Below the pieces are notes generated by a model, which ran no database searches, was not told the origin of the DNA, and was given only the letters and a program-made list of their open reading frames with translations. A program made the position numbers and the translations under genes. From contig MU054117.1 in the NCBI GenBank assembly GCA_013239625.1, forward strand, positions 4,392,677 to 4,456,676: 64,000 nt of DNA. Reading direction: 5' to 3'. The stretch is from Lama guanicoe. Lineage: Eukaryota. This document shows positions 48,757 through 62,378 of this stretch, one piece after another. The first letter of the stretch is position 1. Each line of letters begins with the position of its first letter.

Positions 48757-49311
48757 CTGTGGAGAAAGTTTCAAGGGAATGAAGCCATTTAGGACACCCA
48801 GGACTTCTGAGTGAACACTCCAGGTCTGTCATCACCTGAATCAACTTTCTTGAGACTGGCCCATGGGCATCTGGGGTGGGGGCACCTCAGCACAACACCG
48901 CACGGCCATGGGCACCGGAGCTCAGCCAAGTCTGAGAAGAGGCAGCTGGACGGATGCGCCCAGTGAGGACGGTGACGGGAAAGGCAATGAGGAACAAGCA
49001 CCCCCCACACTGTCACTTCTGCCTTTTCATGCTTTCCTCCCTCTGTGGAATGTCCCCCACCCCCTTAGTACCTTGACTATCTCCACATATTCTTTCAGAT
49101 GCAGCTCTGGGACCCCTTCCTCCAGGAAGCCCTACTGAATTAGCTCGCTGCCCCCACCCCAACCTGGCTGGTGTTCCTTCTCTGGGCTCCCTCAGCACTG
49201 TGGCCACCCTTCTATCAAGACTCTCGTCTTCCTTTGAGTTAGGGTCCCTTTTGCTTGTATTTATCCCCCAGTCAACTGTGAGCTCCTCAGTTCAGGGCAC
49301 AGGCTGTCTCT

Positions 49312-49468
49312 CTTTTTATTTTTTTTTTATTTTTATTTATTTATTTGTTTATTTTTGGTGGAGGGAGGTAATTGGGTTTATTTCTTTTTAAAGGAGGTGC
49401 TGGGGATCGAACCCAGGACCTCGTGCATGCTAAGCATGTGCTCTACCACCTGAGCTACACCCTCCCCT
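49312..49468 (-). mobile_element. tRNA-derived SINE (Vic-1-like, long form)
   Basis: ggggatcgaacccaggacctcgtgcatgctaagcatg...tgagctacaccctcccc; TSD acaggctgtctctctt / acaagctgtgcctctt. Confidence 0.92.
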
Positions 49469-49900
49469 CTACAAGCTGTGCCTCTTATCTCTAAACTCTT
49501 ATCTGCTGGACTGGGGACTGGAAATATTTTTTGTAGAATGAAGGTACGGAGTGACATGAACCTAAGGCTCCCATCGCTGCATGCCCCGTGATCTGACAGC
49601 ATCAGTGCACTGGTACTCAGAGCAGTCATGCTCTGGCCAGCCGCCCACAAGAGACCGTCACGGCCTTCCGGGCTTGCACGGCCCGGTGCGAAGTCGGTGC
49701 CGAAAAGCACTGCTTGCTGCGCCTTCGTTGCAAAGGGACTCAGCGGAGCAGCGAGGCAAGCAGACCTTTTGCATAGCCAGGTCTGGAAGAGTGAAGCATA
49801 GTTCAAGGTCACATGATGTACCTGGAAATGGGAAATAAACTATCCCTGGAAAAAGAAAGGAAAAGCAGGACCTTGGAAGTATAGTGAGTTGGCATCTGGG

Positions 49901-50342
49901 GTGTGGGAAGCAGCAGAATGGTCCCCCAAAGACATACTCACCTCCTAGTTCCCAGAACCTGCGAATATTGTCTCACAGGGCAAAAGATGTGATTGAGTCA
50001 CGGATGACGAGAGGAAGCGCTCATCTGGGGTTACCTGAGTGGCCCCTTAAATGCAATCACATACATCGTGTAAGAGAGGACAGAGGGAGACCAGACAGAC
50101 ACATGGAGGAGGCAGAGGCAGAGGCAGAGACTGCAAGGATGTGGCCCGGGGTCAAGGACTGCCAGCAGAAATTGGAAGAGACAAGGAACAGACTCTCCCC
50201 AGGGCCTCCGGTGAGAGTGCAGCCCTGCCAGCCCCTGGGCTTTAGACTTCTGGCTTCCTAGAATTGTGAGAGAATACAGTTCTGTTGTTTTAAGCCACTG
50301 AGTTTGTGGTCATTTGCCGGCAGCCGCAGGAAACTGACACAC
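49901..50342 (+). mobile_element. MaLR LTR (MLT1C/D-like)
   Basis: cagaatggtcccccaaaga...agaattgtgagagaatacagttctgttgttttaagccac...ggaaactgacaca. Confidence 0.9.
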
Positions 50343-51909
50343 AGGAGAAGCCAAAGGGAAGGGCACTTACATTTGTGGAATTTCTGCTGTGTGCCAGGCA
50401 TTGTGATAGGTGACCTCTGGGTTCTGAGCCACATGCCCCGCTGGCTTGCCCACTTCTAAAGCGCCATGTCAAGGAGGAGGCAGAGAAGAGGCTCTGTGCT
50501 GGGTGGGAAGGCCCAAGAGAGAAGCACGACCCCTGGTCTGGTGTCAGCTCTCTATCGCTCTGCGTGACCGTGGGCTGACCCCACCATCTCCTGAGCCCAG
50601 CTCCTTGTGTGGAACATGGTGGGTCAGATAGATGCCCTTTGGATCCTTTCCATCCCTGACCCTCTGTGAAGTGAAACTCTATAGGCTACATCCGAAATGA
50701 GGCACAAGAAAGTCTACTGGATGGAATTACGAATAATCTCGTGTCCAGAAAAATCTCTGAGAGCCAGCATGAAAGGCCAGCTGGGCAGACTCCCATGATG
50801 CCAGGAAGCAAGGTTAACTGTTGAGTCTTTACCAACCAAAAAGAACTAAACCCACAGTCCTCTGAGGATAATTTCCAAAATATCACCAGAGCCTCAATTT
50901 TTTTCCAACAAACACCAACTTCTCCCTAGTAACACGGGTCCCATTTTTCGTTTTTTAAATCTTAAAACCTGGAGAAAGAGAAAGACATCTTAGGGCTGGG
51001 TTTTCATTTCTGGAAATCTCAAAACTGTGCCACTGCAAAGGACAAATATCCTGCTGAATCCATGATTAATCACACACACACAAAGTAGAGGGAATTACAA
51101 GACACAAAAAAGCAGGAGGAGAGGGAAAGCAGCAAGGGAAAGAAAGTGGACGAACAGAAATGGCAAGTATGACTCAGCATTCTGAGTACAGGGTGTCAAG
51201 AGTGAGGGGAGCAATTTTGCCAACCAACAGGCTTGGGTTTTAACAGCTCCCTGGAGATGGACATGAGCTGTGGGTCTGCATGATGTAGGGAGAGGGGCTT
51301 GAGACCCTACGTGAAGCTGGGACTCTTAAAGCACCATCCTCTCCTTAAGAAAGTTGACCCAAAAAATCCACTCCGAGAGACAGGGAAATAATAAGGAAGT
51401 TTATTCCCTTGGTCTGGGCTCTGGATAGGAGGGGGAAAGTCTCCTCTGAGAATTTATAGTACTGGGAAAGTCTTCATGTGGCATTGAGATTCCAATTTTT
51501 ACTTCTTGTGAAATTGAGTCACTCCACACTAAAAAATTAACACAAAATCCTTCTAAAGATGAGCTTACAATGCAAAATTATGAAACACAGAAGACAATTC
51601 ACTTCAAGCAAGACTCAGCAGAAATGAAAATAACATGATTAGAGCTCTAAAAACTTCAGATAATAAAGTTGTTGTACAGAGGTTATAAAACAAATATATT
51701 TTAAATTACTATTATAAAGAAAAAATTGATACTTGATAAAAGAACAAGACAATAAGAAAAAATAGAGTAGAAAAATTGCCAGATTTGCCTTCTAAAATTA
51801 CCACTATAGTCAATGAAATAAAAAAGAAAATTCAACTAGTGGATTAGACATCATCTGTCAGTTAGCCAGAGCTGAGAGAGAATCAGTGAACTGGAAGATA
51901 AATCCAAGT

Positions 51910-52070
51910 AGAGATGTGCTGATAAGCCCTGATGTGTAAGATTTGCTATTTTTCATGGTGTAAATCTCCCCACCATGGCCAATGTCAAGCTACCAACATG
52001 ACATTCCTGAACATGGAGCTAGAAAAGATGCACACAATTGGTTCTCACCAGCCAGCATGAGCACATCACA
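51910..52070 (-). mobile_element. hAT relic (MER63-like) nested in L1
   Basis: aagccctgatgtgta...ggtgtaaat...caccatggccaat.tcaagctaccaac. Confidence 0.7.
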
Positions 52071-53644
52071 CAGAAAGCCACAAGGAGGGATAAAGAGGAA
52101 AGCGGAAGTAAGGTAAAAAAGATGGGGGAAAGGGGGACTAAAAATACCCAACATATGTCTAAGAGAAGAGAGAAAATGACTGAAATTTTCTACATCTGCT
52201 GGAAGGTAGGAATCATCAGCTTCAGGCATGATAGTAAAAATAAAACCCACACACAGAAAGAACACAGTGAAATTTCAGGATATCAAAAGCAATGAGATGA
52301 CTTCTACACAAAGCTGAAAGACACGTTATCTGCAAAGAAGCGACAATTAGACTGACAACATACTTCTCAACAGCAGTAATGGAACAGCATCCTCAAAGCA
52401 CTGCGAGAAGTAACTGATGTCCGAGAATTCTATACCTAGCTAAAATGTCATGTAAGAATGACGAAGTGTTTGTTTCAATTATCACTACCAGACCCTGAGT
52501 TAAGTAACTACTAAGGGATGTTTTTTAGAAGAATAGAAACTGAACCTACAAAAAAAATAGTAAGGTACAAGGAGAATTTATGAGCAAAGAAGCTAGTAAA
52601 CATGAGGGTACACCTAAAGAAGCACTGATAATGTAAAATTACAATAATAATGCCAAATTTAGTGGTTATTCAAACAAGGTGGGGGGAAAGTGAAGGCAGA
52701 AGGGAAAGAAGTAGCATAGAAAAATCAGTAATAGTAAAAAGTACAAAAAAAGGCAGTTACTACACATCCAAATACATCAACAACACAATTTAATATAAAA
52801 TAAATGAAAAGAGGCAAAATTTTATAGTCAGAAGACAAAAAAAGATTAGGTGACACTAAAATAACAATAGTGAGGTATAATGAGATTCCACTACACATTC
52901 ATTAAAATCAGTGATAATAATGAATAATAATAGTAATGTGACAATTCCAAATGTTGGCAAGGATTCAGAGCAACTGGAACTCACACATTGCTGATAGAAA
53001 TGCAAATGATACAGCCACTTTGGAAGACAGTCTGACAGCTTCTTACAAAATTAAACATATACTTGTCATACCACCCACTAATGCCATTCTTAAATATTCA
53101 CCCAGAGAAAATGAAACATATGTCTACACAAAAACCTATATACGAATACCACCTCACACTTATTAGGATAGCAACTTAAAAAAAAAACAGAAAATAACAA
53201 GTGTTGGAGAGGATGTGAGAAATTGGAACCTTTGTGCACTGTGAGTGGAGTGTAAATGTCAGGGCCACCATGGAAAACAGTGTATCAGTTCCTCAAAGAA
53301 TTGCCATGTGACCCAGCAATTCCACTCCTGGGTGTGTACCCAGAAGAATAGAAAGCGGGGTCTTGAAAAGATACTTGTATACCCACGTTCATTGCGGCAT
53401 TATTTACATAGCAGTAGGTGGATGAAGCAGACAAAACGTGGTTAAAAAAAAAAAAACAGTAGACTTGAATAATACAATTAACAAAGGTAGTTCGAAGAAA
53501 GACACGGAATCCAGCACCAGTTAGAAAGCGTTCTGCTGGAGCATATCTAGAATAGCCGCAGGAAAGATCCCGTACGAGACCACAGACAACACCCCCCTAG
53601 GTTTCTCATTTAAATGAGAAATCAATTTAGTTACAAAAGATAAC

Positions 53645-54028
53645 GTTTAAGAAATTGAAGTACAGTTGATTTATAATGTGTTAGTTTCTGGTATAGAGCA
53701 AAGTGATTCAGTTCTATATATATACATATACATACAGAGAGAGATTCTTCTTCAGATTCTTTTCCAGTAGCATTCACTGCAACATACTGAATGCAGTTCC
53801 CTGTGCTACACAGTAGGACCTTGTTGTTCATCTATTTTATATATAGTGGTTTGTACCTGCTAACCAAAAACTCCTGATTTATCCCTCCCCACCCCTTTCC
53901 CCTTTGGGAAAACCATGAGTTTGTTTTCTACCTCTGTGAATCTGTTTCTGTTTTGTAAATAAGTTCATTTGTATCATTTTTAGATTCCACATGTAAGAGA
54001 TATCATACGGTATTTGTCTTTCTCTGAC
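53645..54028 (-). mobile_element. 5'-truncated artiodactyl-type L1 3' end
   Basis: aattgaagtacagttgattt...ttttagattccacatgtaag; perfect 13-bp TSD tacaaaagataac at 53632 and 54029. Confidence 0.92.
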
Positions 54029-54829
54029 TACAAAAGATAACTTCTTAAAATTCTAAATATTTAAAAATTTTACACAAATTTAATAGGTTAAAAAAAACTC
54101 AAAATGGAAATTTGAGAATTCATAGAATTAACTGAAAATGAAAATATTTGCACATGAAAATTGGTGTGGTACAGCTAAAACAGCATTTAAGGAAAATTGA
54201 TAGCCTCAAATGAACATACTGAAAAATAAAGTTTGAGAAACTGGTGCAGGAGAAGACCAAAACAAATGATCTTACTATTTCCCAGTCTAATGAAAGGAAT
54301 AATCAACTGCTTCTCCGCACACTTACCCCTTAATCACAAAGAAGGAGAATGCACACACAAATGTTCAGGTTTTGAGGGGAGCATCACTGATTAAATGTTT
54401 ATGTAATTGAAATTATCAGAAGAATAAAGATTAGCAGTTTTCACATTGTCCATATTACCTTCTATTGCTTGTGAGCATACACATGCACACACACTAAACA
54501 CTGGCCTTTTTGGACAGTGCAGAGGACCACCCTTTACAGGTTTCACCCATGACGTTCCATCACAGTGGCTCAGGAGAATCTGTTCAAGCCACTCAGCATT
54601 TATCAACCATCTACCATGTGTAAGTTGCTATGGGGAATTCAAACTGGAACTCAGCCAGGTCTGAAGAGCTCCAAGATCTGGTTTGACAGAGGGTCTAGGC
54701 CAGGAGGTAGGAAGCTAAGAGAGAAGGCTGGTGGGATAAACTGCGGTGAGGACCCGGGGAGGCTGGGATCCCAGGAGAAGAGACAGTGAAGGCTTGCGAG
54801 CAGGGAAACGGGGTCCCAGAAAAGCTTAC

Positions 54830-55038
54830 CTTCTTGAGTCTGAAAGTCATCTTCAGCAAAGATGTTAAAGTTGCCACACAGTCCACAGGTCTTGTTGAAG
54901 TATCTGTCTGACAGCAGGACTTGAAAGTTGCCGCTGCCGTCAATCCGGGCCACAAAGCCGTAGGCCTCGCTGGACAGCTTGTAATACCCAGCCTCAGCCT
55001 CCAGAAACAGCCCTTCGGAGGCATAGGGCATGGAGACG
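54830..55038 (-). CDS. VWF: VWF exon 5 (209 nt), D1 CGLC motif
   Basis: ccttccag|CGTC...GAAG|gtaagc; [69 protein letters not shown]. Confidence 0.98.
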
Positions 55039-55327
55039 CTGGAAGGACAGAGGGAGCTCAGGAAGGGGGCTTCTCATCCATTTCCTGGGTGTCCCTCTAC
55101 CCTTCAACCCAGATGCATGCTACAGGCTTCAGACCACGGTGCAAAGGGGCCGAGGGCCCAGTCTAGGAGTCGGGACACCAGGCTCTCACCCAGCCCTGCC
55201 CTTCCTCTGGGAGCACCTGCTTCCTCTCTCTGGACCCTGCTCCTTCATCTGAAAAACGAAGGGGGACTCCAAGGGGAATCCCCAGGGCCCCTTCTAATTT
55301 GGACATTCTGGGCTCATTCCACCTTAC

Positions 55328-55430
55328 CTTTGGGCCCCCTGCAGCACAGTGCCATTGACAAGCAGATGGATGTCGAAAAATTCCCCGAGATACACCGACA
55401 GGCTCACTCTCTTGCCATCTTGGAAGTCCC
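55328..55430 (-). CDS. VWF: VWF exon 4 (103 nt)
   Basis: tctctttcag|GGGAC...CAAAG|gtaagg; [34 protein letters not shown] (NGT sequon); hand-translated, not in the ORF track. Confidence 0.97.
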
Positions 55431-57669
55431 CTGAAAGAGAAAACAATCATTTAAACTGGGTAGCGATCATTCCTTGAAAAACGTTAATACATTTATTTAT
55501 AACCATTGTCTCTTAGGATCTGAGTGGAAAATCCGCCCCCCACAAAGGTTTAATATATGGGCAACAAAAAAAATCCCCCTAAAAGTCTCATTTACTCACT
55601 CATCTTTCCACTCACCTAAAAATATTTATTGAGTGCCTTCTGGATACACAGTCCTCCAGTAGTAGCTTACATTTCTCAAAAGAAAAACGTAAAAGCATGA
55701 CCTCCTCCTTCCGGGAGTTTACAAACTAAGTATGAAGATGCACATGAATCAAATACACTGTAAGGCAGCGAGTCAAAGCCACAGGGTGGGTTACTGATGG
55801 CAGGTACTCTGGGATGTGTTATCTAAAATGCTCTCTTAGGACAGAACGGAGATTCACAAGTTCCTCCTCAGCGCACCGAATCTGATTCTCTGGGAAAAGT
55901 TGAGAGATGCAAAAGCATCTCTAAAAGTTCCTGGAGGTCCAGTGCCTCACTCCACGCAGGGAACTTCATACGGACACAGCAAATGATCCATGTTGCTGTA
56001 AGAGATATGTGAACAGCCAAACACAGAATAAAATGGTCTCTGAGGTTTCCGTTGTGAGGGGCAAATGCAGAAACAAGGGCGATGGCAGTTGACATGAAAC
56101 TGGGAAGACAGGAAGAGACATGTGTGCAGCATTAGGAAGACTTAACAATCCCACTGCTCACCCCTTAGAACCGGCGCTTGAGCTCAGCCGTCGGTTTTCA
56201 AAGATAACTCCTGAGTGGCCACAGGAGATGAAGGGTCCGGAAGGAACAGTATGGTCCGAGTCTCAAGCCTTTGAGACTGAGAAGTTGATGGAAAGAGGGA
56301 CAGTGAAGGCACCCAGTGAAGACAGAGATGGAAGATGCTGGAGAAACAGGGGTCAAATGTGGGGGACACAGTGCCTCTGGGCCCCTGAAGTGCAAAGGTT
56401 AACCTTGGGAATGAGGAAATGTGCCTTCTTCTAGGAGGGTGAGGGGACTGTGGGCTCCAGCTCATCTGCAAAAGAGGAGGCAAGAATGCATATGGAGCCA
56501 AGTCCAGGAGACCCAGGAAGGTCTGTTGACATGAGGTGGTGGGGCCACGGCTGGGACCACTGATAAAGAAAGCTTAAGGAAGGGGCCGCCTGGCAGAGGT
56601 CTGGGAGGTGGAGACCCCAGCCAGCATCCGAACCAGACCCAGGCAGCCGGAGGACAGTGACACCTGATACACACACACATACACACCCCGAACCAGCCAA
56701 AATGAGCCAGAAGATAGACCTGTTTCTGGTATGATTTCAGTGAGGGCTGTCGCATGTGAGTACTGAGCCCATTCTAAGAATAGAGTCTTGAGCGAGATAC
56801 CATTAGCCTCTCGGGGGCCACCAGGAAAGGCCCACCGCCCACCGAGCGCCCACAAGCCACAATCTGCACAGCTGCAGACCAGCGCTGGCCGGGGTGAAGC
56901 AGCCCGCCCTCCAAGGGGAAGGGTTTTGTCCTGTTCCCCTGAGGAGTCTTCCCTGAACTGCATTTTCACTTTCAATAGTTTTGGCAGCAAGTCGATCTTT
57001 AAAAAGTTAAGCAAACTGTCCAAAAGCAAGAAATGAGCCAAAGGAAAACACACAGAAGTGATAAGACACACAGACGCAAACGTTAATGACAGGACCTGAG
57101 GGGTGGGGATCTGGGTGTTCGCCATCCTTTTCTTTCAGCGTTTCTGTATCTTTGAAATTTTCCATAGCACAACGTTGAAAAAGCAAACAACCTTCCATTC
57201 AGTCCCTCCCAGGAGACTTCCTGGCCCCCTGGCATCCACAGTGAGCCAAAGACGAGATGTGGACACCACACTCCTGCCAGCAGTGAGCCCCATGTCCCAC
57301 CTGCCTGCTGGAGGGGCTACCATGAGCCCAGAGACCCCCTCGACCACAGAACCCACCTCCTCGTCAGTACGATTCTCCCTCCCATCCACCCCAGTCTCAC
57401 AGAGCAGAGGCACGGGCAGCTCTACCCCTGCTTTGCTGGGTAACTCAACCAGTACCTTGAGCCAAAGGCATCTCTGTCCTGGGAACAGGAGAGGGACCCT
57501 GGTCAGCTCCCCTCAAAGGCACTCCCTCCGGTCACGGGGATTCAGGAAGGGGGCCTGAGAACCAGTCGGCCTGCCGGGGGTGGGAATGGGGGTGGGAAGT
57601 GGGCTGGGGGTGTCAATTGGAGGGTGGGCGAGCCGCCATCCTGCAGCTGCCAACTGGAGCTCTTCAAGG

Positions 57670-58301
57670 TGAGACAGGAAGGAAGGAGGCAGGGCACAGC
57701 CCTTCAAGGAAGAACACAGCAGTTCACACCAAGATGGAGGGAGATTCAACCCCCAACAGGCCTCGAGGCCCACGATGGGGAGATTTGGCCTCCAGTGGGC
57801 CTTGAGCCTCATTACACGCTCACTGTAATATATTAACATGGTAAACACACTCCCACAGGCGCCGTGACAGCTCCGAGGCTGACCATAAATGGCCAAAAAA
57901 TGGGCGGTGGCCCAGCTCCTAGGAATCCCAGCCCCTTCCCCAAAGTGGCTGGAATAATCCCCCCACTTGTTAGCATTCAAAGTTACTGAGCCCACGAAAA
58001 CCAACAGTGCCCACACCTCGTGGCCACCGTCCCTTTGGAGGAAGAGAGCCTGCCCTTTGTGGGGTGCGTATCTACTTTCACTGTAAACTGAGCGCACAAC
58101 CCCTGCCTTCTACGACAGCCTGCACTCCGTCTGTCGAGTGTGTGTCTCTCTGAGTAAATCCACCTTTACTCAACTGGGGCTCGCTCCTGAATTCTTTCTT
58201 ATACCAACCCAAGGACCCACATTTGACAGAGAGAGTCCCAGGGACTCAACCGAGACCTGGGGCACAGCCATCCTCTCACCCCACATTTTTTTCCTGTATC
58301 A
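57670..58301 (+). mobile_element. ERV1 solo LTR (MER41-like), copy 2
   Basis: TGAGACAGGA...ATCA termini with perfect 4-bp TSD aagg. Confidence 0.9.
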
Positions 58302-58787
58302 AAGGCTTCCATGGATGTAAAATCACCTAACCAGTCACTTGTTCCAGGGGAAGCAGGGCAGAACAGGTACCTTGGGAAAGCCTGGAGGTCATTACCACTT
58401 CCACAAAGGAAGGGCCTGCGAGGCTGGGCAAGCCACGAACTCAGCAGAAAGTCAAACAAGAGGGAACCAGGAGAAAGGGAGACGGAGCCCCTTGCCTCCC
58501 ACCATGTGGGGTGCATGGGAGCCCCCGCCCCTTCCAGGTGAAAAATTAGGCAGCCTGACTCCATGGACCGTGGGACTTGGGTCCACAGGGAGCTGACACT
58601 GTGACTCCAATGCAGGGGATCATCGTCCAAACACTGAGCAATGGCGATCTGGTCTAACCTGGCCACGTGCTGGTGTGGAAACAGAGGCCCAGGGAGGGGA
58701 ACTGACTCAGAACGTGGGTGTTCGTGGCTCTCTCTGGGTTGGTTTGGGAGCCACATTCTGTGGCATGGCTTAGAGGCCACCGGGACG

Positions 58788-58831
58788 CCCAAGGTCTCTC
58801 CCGGGTCCCCCAAGGTCTCTCCCGGGTCCCC
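58788..58831. repeat. 21-nt perfect tandem duplication
   Basis: cccaaggtctctcccgggtcc occurs twice. Confidence 0.92.
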
Positions 58832-60444
58832 ATGCCGGTGACTGGGAGCCTTGACCTGGGAACCCGCTGGTTCCTGATGGGAGCCAGCATCAGGGAAGGG
58901 GCCTCCCTTTCACAGCAGGTGGTCCCTCATGGTCAGACACAAACACTTTACCCAGGATGTGAACAAGGTTCACAGGAGAGGAACGGGAATTGGTGACTTA
59001 GAAGTGAGAAAACAGGATGTCATTGAAGAACAATGGAGCAGAAGGAGGTGGGAGGGCACCGCCGTGCCTGCAGGATGGAGCTGCACATCCAGGGCTGCCG
59101 GACCCAGCATCTCGGGCCCCTGGAGCAGCAGTGCCAGCCCACCCTGCATGGCCCAGCTCCTCAGACACCCCTCTCTTGCCAACCTGCCCCCCTCTCCCAT
59201 CACCACCACCACCAAGAATGGAAAAAGTAGCCGCCCGTGTCCTCTGACGTTAGCAGCACGATTTGGGGTGGGGATTAAGCCAACCTACATCGAAATGAGA
59301 TTGATCCATAGCCTGGTTTCGGTCAATTACCTGCCAGAAAACTGACACTTGGTAAGATCAAGTTGTTAAAAAGAGGGATAAGGACCCCAGGGGGAATCCT
59401 ACAGAGAGGATATGAACCGGAGAGACCTAACTCAGCCCGCTCCTCCACCCTCCTTGGTCCCGGAAGCCCAGAAAAGGATGGCCAAACAGGCCAGATTTCT
59501 GACGCCAGCCTGCGTGGATGTGTGGGAGGGGTGCTGGTGTTACCCTGACCTTGAGAGACACCGCAAGCAGCCACATTCACCACCACGTTCACCTCCAAAA
59601 AGTGGACATCCTGGGTCAATGTGGCTGCTTTCAACCTTTGAGGTTTGGGGGGGAACTTCACACTTGTCAATAACGTGTCTCCCTTGATCCTCACAGTGTC
59701 TCCACTTTAGAGATGAGGAAATGGAGGCTGAGTGATGCTGTGTGACTTGACTGAGGATACTCAGCGAAGAGGGAGACAGGGCACCGCAGCCCAGGTCCTC
59801 TGACCCTAAATCTGGCTCTTCCTGTGCTTCCATTCCTTGCCGGGGCAGAGCCAGCAGGTCTTATGGATGGAAAACAGCCAACAGCACAAGCTGATGAGCC
59901 CAGTGCCGGACAGGGCTGGAGTGGTCAAGTGGGCTTCCTGGAGGAGGTGACAGTGACCGCCCAGGGACACCAGCCCAGCTTGGGTTTCCCTGCCAGCCAG
60001 GGGAAGGGACTGAAGGAGGGGGGATCCGGCGTTGGGTTTAAATAGGGGAGAGGGCTTTTCCAACATGCTGTTTGCCTCTCTCATCCCTCCCTGAACTCTG
60101 TGCCTGGCACTAAGGTTTTACTGTGTGTGGCTCACAGACCCATCTCCAGGGTAAGGAGTCCCAGCAGAGAGGAGCTAAAACAGACTGTGAAGCCAAGGCA
60201 GCCACCCCGCCCCAGGCACCCCGGTGTCCCCATAATGTCCCCCTCCCTGGAAACGCCACTGAGGCTCAGAGCCATGGGGTCAGGGGCTGCCACCACTTTC
60301 TTCTTCCAAAGCCTTCCTCCCGTCACTCCTAACCCGCCGTCCCACGTACATCCCAGAGCCGTCCCAGGTAGGCGGCCTCCATCATCTCCACTAGGATTTT
60401 TATGTAGCCACAAGCAAGAAAGACAGGAAAAAAAGAAAAAAATG

Positions 60445-60770
60445 TTTTCCTTATGATGAGAACTTTTAGGATCTACTCTCTCAGCAACTTTCACATCTGC
60501 CCCACAGCAGTGTTGCCTAGAGTCCTTAAGTTGTACATCACATCCCAGTGCTTACTTATCTTCTCATTGGAAGTTGGGACCTTTTGACCACCTTCATCTA
60601 ATCCCCCGGCCCCATGCTCACCTCTGGTAGCCACAAATCTGACCTCCTTTTCTATGAGTTTGGTTGGTTGTTCGTTAAGCGTCCAAGTGTGAGATCGTTT
60701 AATATTTGTCTTTCTCTGACTTATTACACTTAGCGTAACGCCGTCTAGGTCTGTCCGTGTTGTCGCAAGT
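60445..60770 (-). mobile_element. L1 3' end (L1MA9-like)
   Basis: atgagaacttttaggatctactctctcagcaactttca...ttggaagtt...tatttgtctttctctgacttatt. Confidence 0.85.
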
Positions 60771-61174
60771 GCACCGTGACTTTTAAGGTGGAGAAATCCA
60801 CTTAAATAAACACTGGGACCACCTGCAGCTTCCCTGGGGAGGTGCATTTTCTTTCCACTGCTGCCTCTGAGGTGTGGTGGGTCCCCAGAGTTCAGCCTTC
60901 AGGGTGACTTCCCTAATTCATCACACCCTAGAGATGTCTCTGGTCCTCTTCATCTCCTGCCTGGTGACTATGGCCAAGGCCATCCTACCTCCCACCTCTC
61001 TCCCTTTCAGGACCGTCTTGGCAAGGAGCCAATTTCCCCTTGACACCTCTTGCTTGCTGCCCAGGGCGCCCCTCCAGCTCCTCGCCGCCCCCTGCACTGA
61101 GAAACAAACCCCCCCCCGTCAGACAGCAGGGCCTGCCCGTCAGCCTCACCCCATGTTCCAGCCCTCCCCCGGCT

Positions 61175-61355
61175 CTTCCCCGGGCCTGCGCACCTCGAAC
61201 CAGGAACGTCTGCTGGGAACTTGTCAGGAATGACATCTCAGGCCCCACCCCAGACGTACCAACTCAGAAGCCTCAGGGGGGTCCAGTCAGGGCCGCAGTC
61301 TGTTTTAACCAGCCCTCCAGGTCAGCCTGATGCGTGCTGGAGTCTGAGAACCATG
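61175..61355. mobile_element. MER5A-like hAT MITE
   Basis: ctgggaacttgtcaggaatg...caggccccaccccagac...tctgttttaaccagccctccaggt...tgagaacca. Confidence 0.8.
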
Positions 61356-61944
61356 GCTCCGGCCACACTGACCCCCTCAACCCCACACACACACCGGGCT
61401 GCACAAAATGAGCATACACACGCTCCTTCCAGACTCTCCCTGTGCTCAAGCTGTCCCCACCGCACAGAACACCTTCCCCTGTCCTCTCTGCCTGAGCAAA
61501 CCCCGCACCCAGAGCCCCACAGACCATGCTGTTGACGAAACCAGCCCTTCCGTACAACGGAGCCCCAGGCTTCATGGATTGACCCCTTCAGAGTCAATAG
61601 GGATCCCCGTGAGCTAAGCTCCAGGAAACAAAGATGAGTGTGACATGGTCCTTGCCCTCGAGGGATTCACAGAGGAGTAGGGAAAATGGCATTCCAGGGA
61701 CATTCAGACCACCAAAGTCACACTGGGATAGGTTTTCCAGCAGAGGCAAGGCAGATGGGGAAGCCGGCATAAGGGGACAGCCAAGGAAGCAGGGGAACCC
61801 ATAGGGAAGGCTGGACGGCCACTCACTGGGCTCCAAGCAGAGCCTCGCCGGGCACACTTAGGGTGCTGCTTCCACCCTTCCTGACCAATTGCATAACGAC
61901 GCCAAGAGCCCTACTGCCTGCATCTCAGGTAAGGGTCTGGGTGT

Positions 61945-62378
61945 TGACAAAGATGCTCTTAGTCTCCTGGACCAAACCTGAGTCAGGGTCCTTCAACCCT
62001 GCTTCCCGACCAGGTGTCCACCTCGGCTCTATCCTAGGTCCGCTTAGCTCAGTTTCAGCAAAAACCCCCTACCCTCAGTATCTGACCATACCCCTCACAA
62101 CCCACCCTGGATCTGGTCTCTCCCTGGCCTGCCTTCAGCAAGAATCCTGTCGGGCTGGTTTAGCCAGAATCCCCCTTGTCCCTGGTGTTTCTTCTTAGTA
62201 ATTTTCCATCCAATGACCCAACCCCGGCCCCTGGTTATAAACTCCTGTCTGTCCCTGACATATTCAGAGTGAAGCATCGCTTTCTTTTCCTGCAAAATCC
62301 CCAAGGCAGTGGTCCCTCTTGAATAAAGTCTACCTCACCATCCTTAAAACAATTGTCATGAAAATTTTTATTGTAACA
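61945..62378 (+). mobile_element. ERV1 solo LTR (MER31-like)
   Basis: TGACAAAGA...gaccaaac.tgagtcagg...cagcaagaatcctgt...tataaa...aataaagtct...taaCA; TSD gtgt/ttgt. Confidence 0.8.

Larger units (their letters stand above)
50690..54240 (+). mobile_element. Composite of old L1M fragments (ORF1-like and 3' pieces) with nested insertions
   Basis: A-rich; agagagaatcagtgaactggaagata, attagactgacaacatacttctcaacag, gagaattctatacctagctaaa, ccagcaattccactcctggg. Confidence 0.75.

Noticed and set aside
42941..58301. Two MER41-like LTRs as the ends of one large element
   Set aside because: Each has its own TSD, and VWF exons 4-6 lie between them.
59010..59019. FOX:ETS-like endothelial motif aaacaggatg
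   Set aside because: A single short motif is plausible by chance in 64 kb, and conservation cannot be assessed here.
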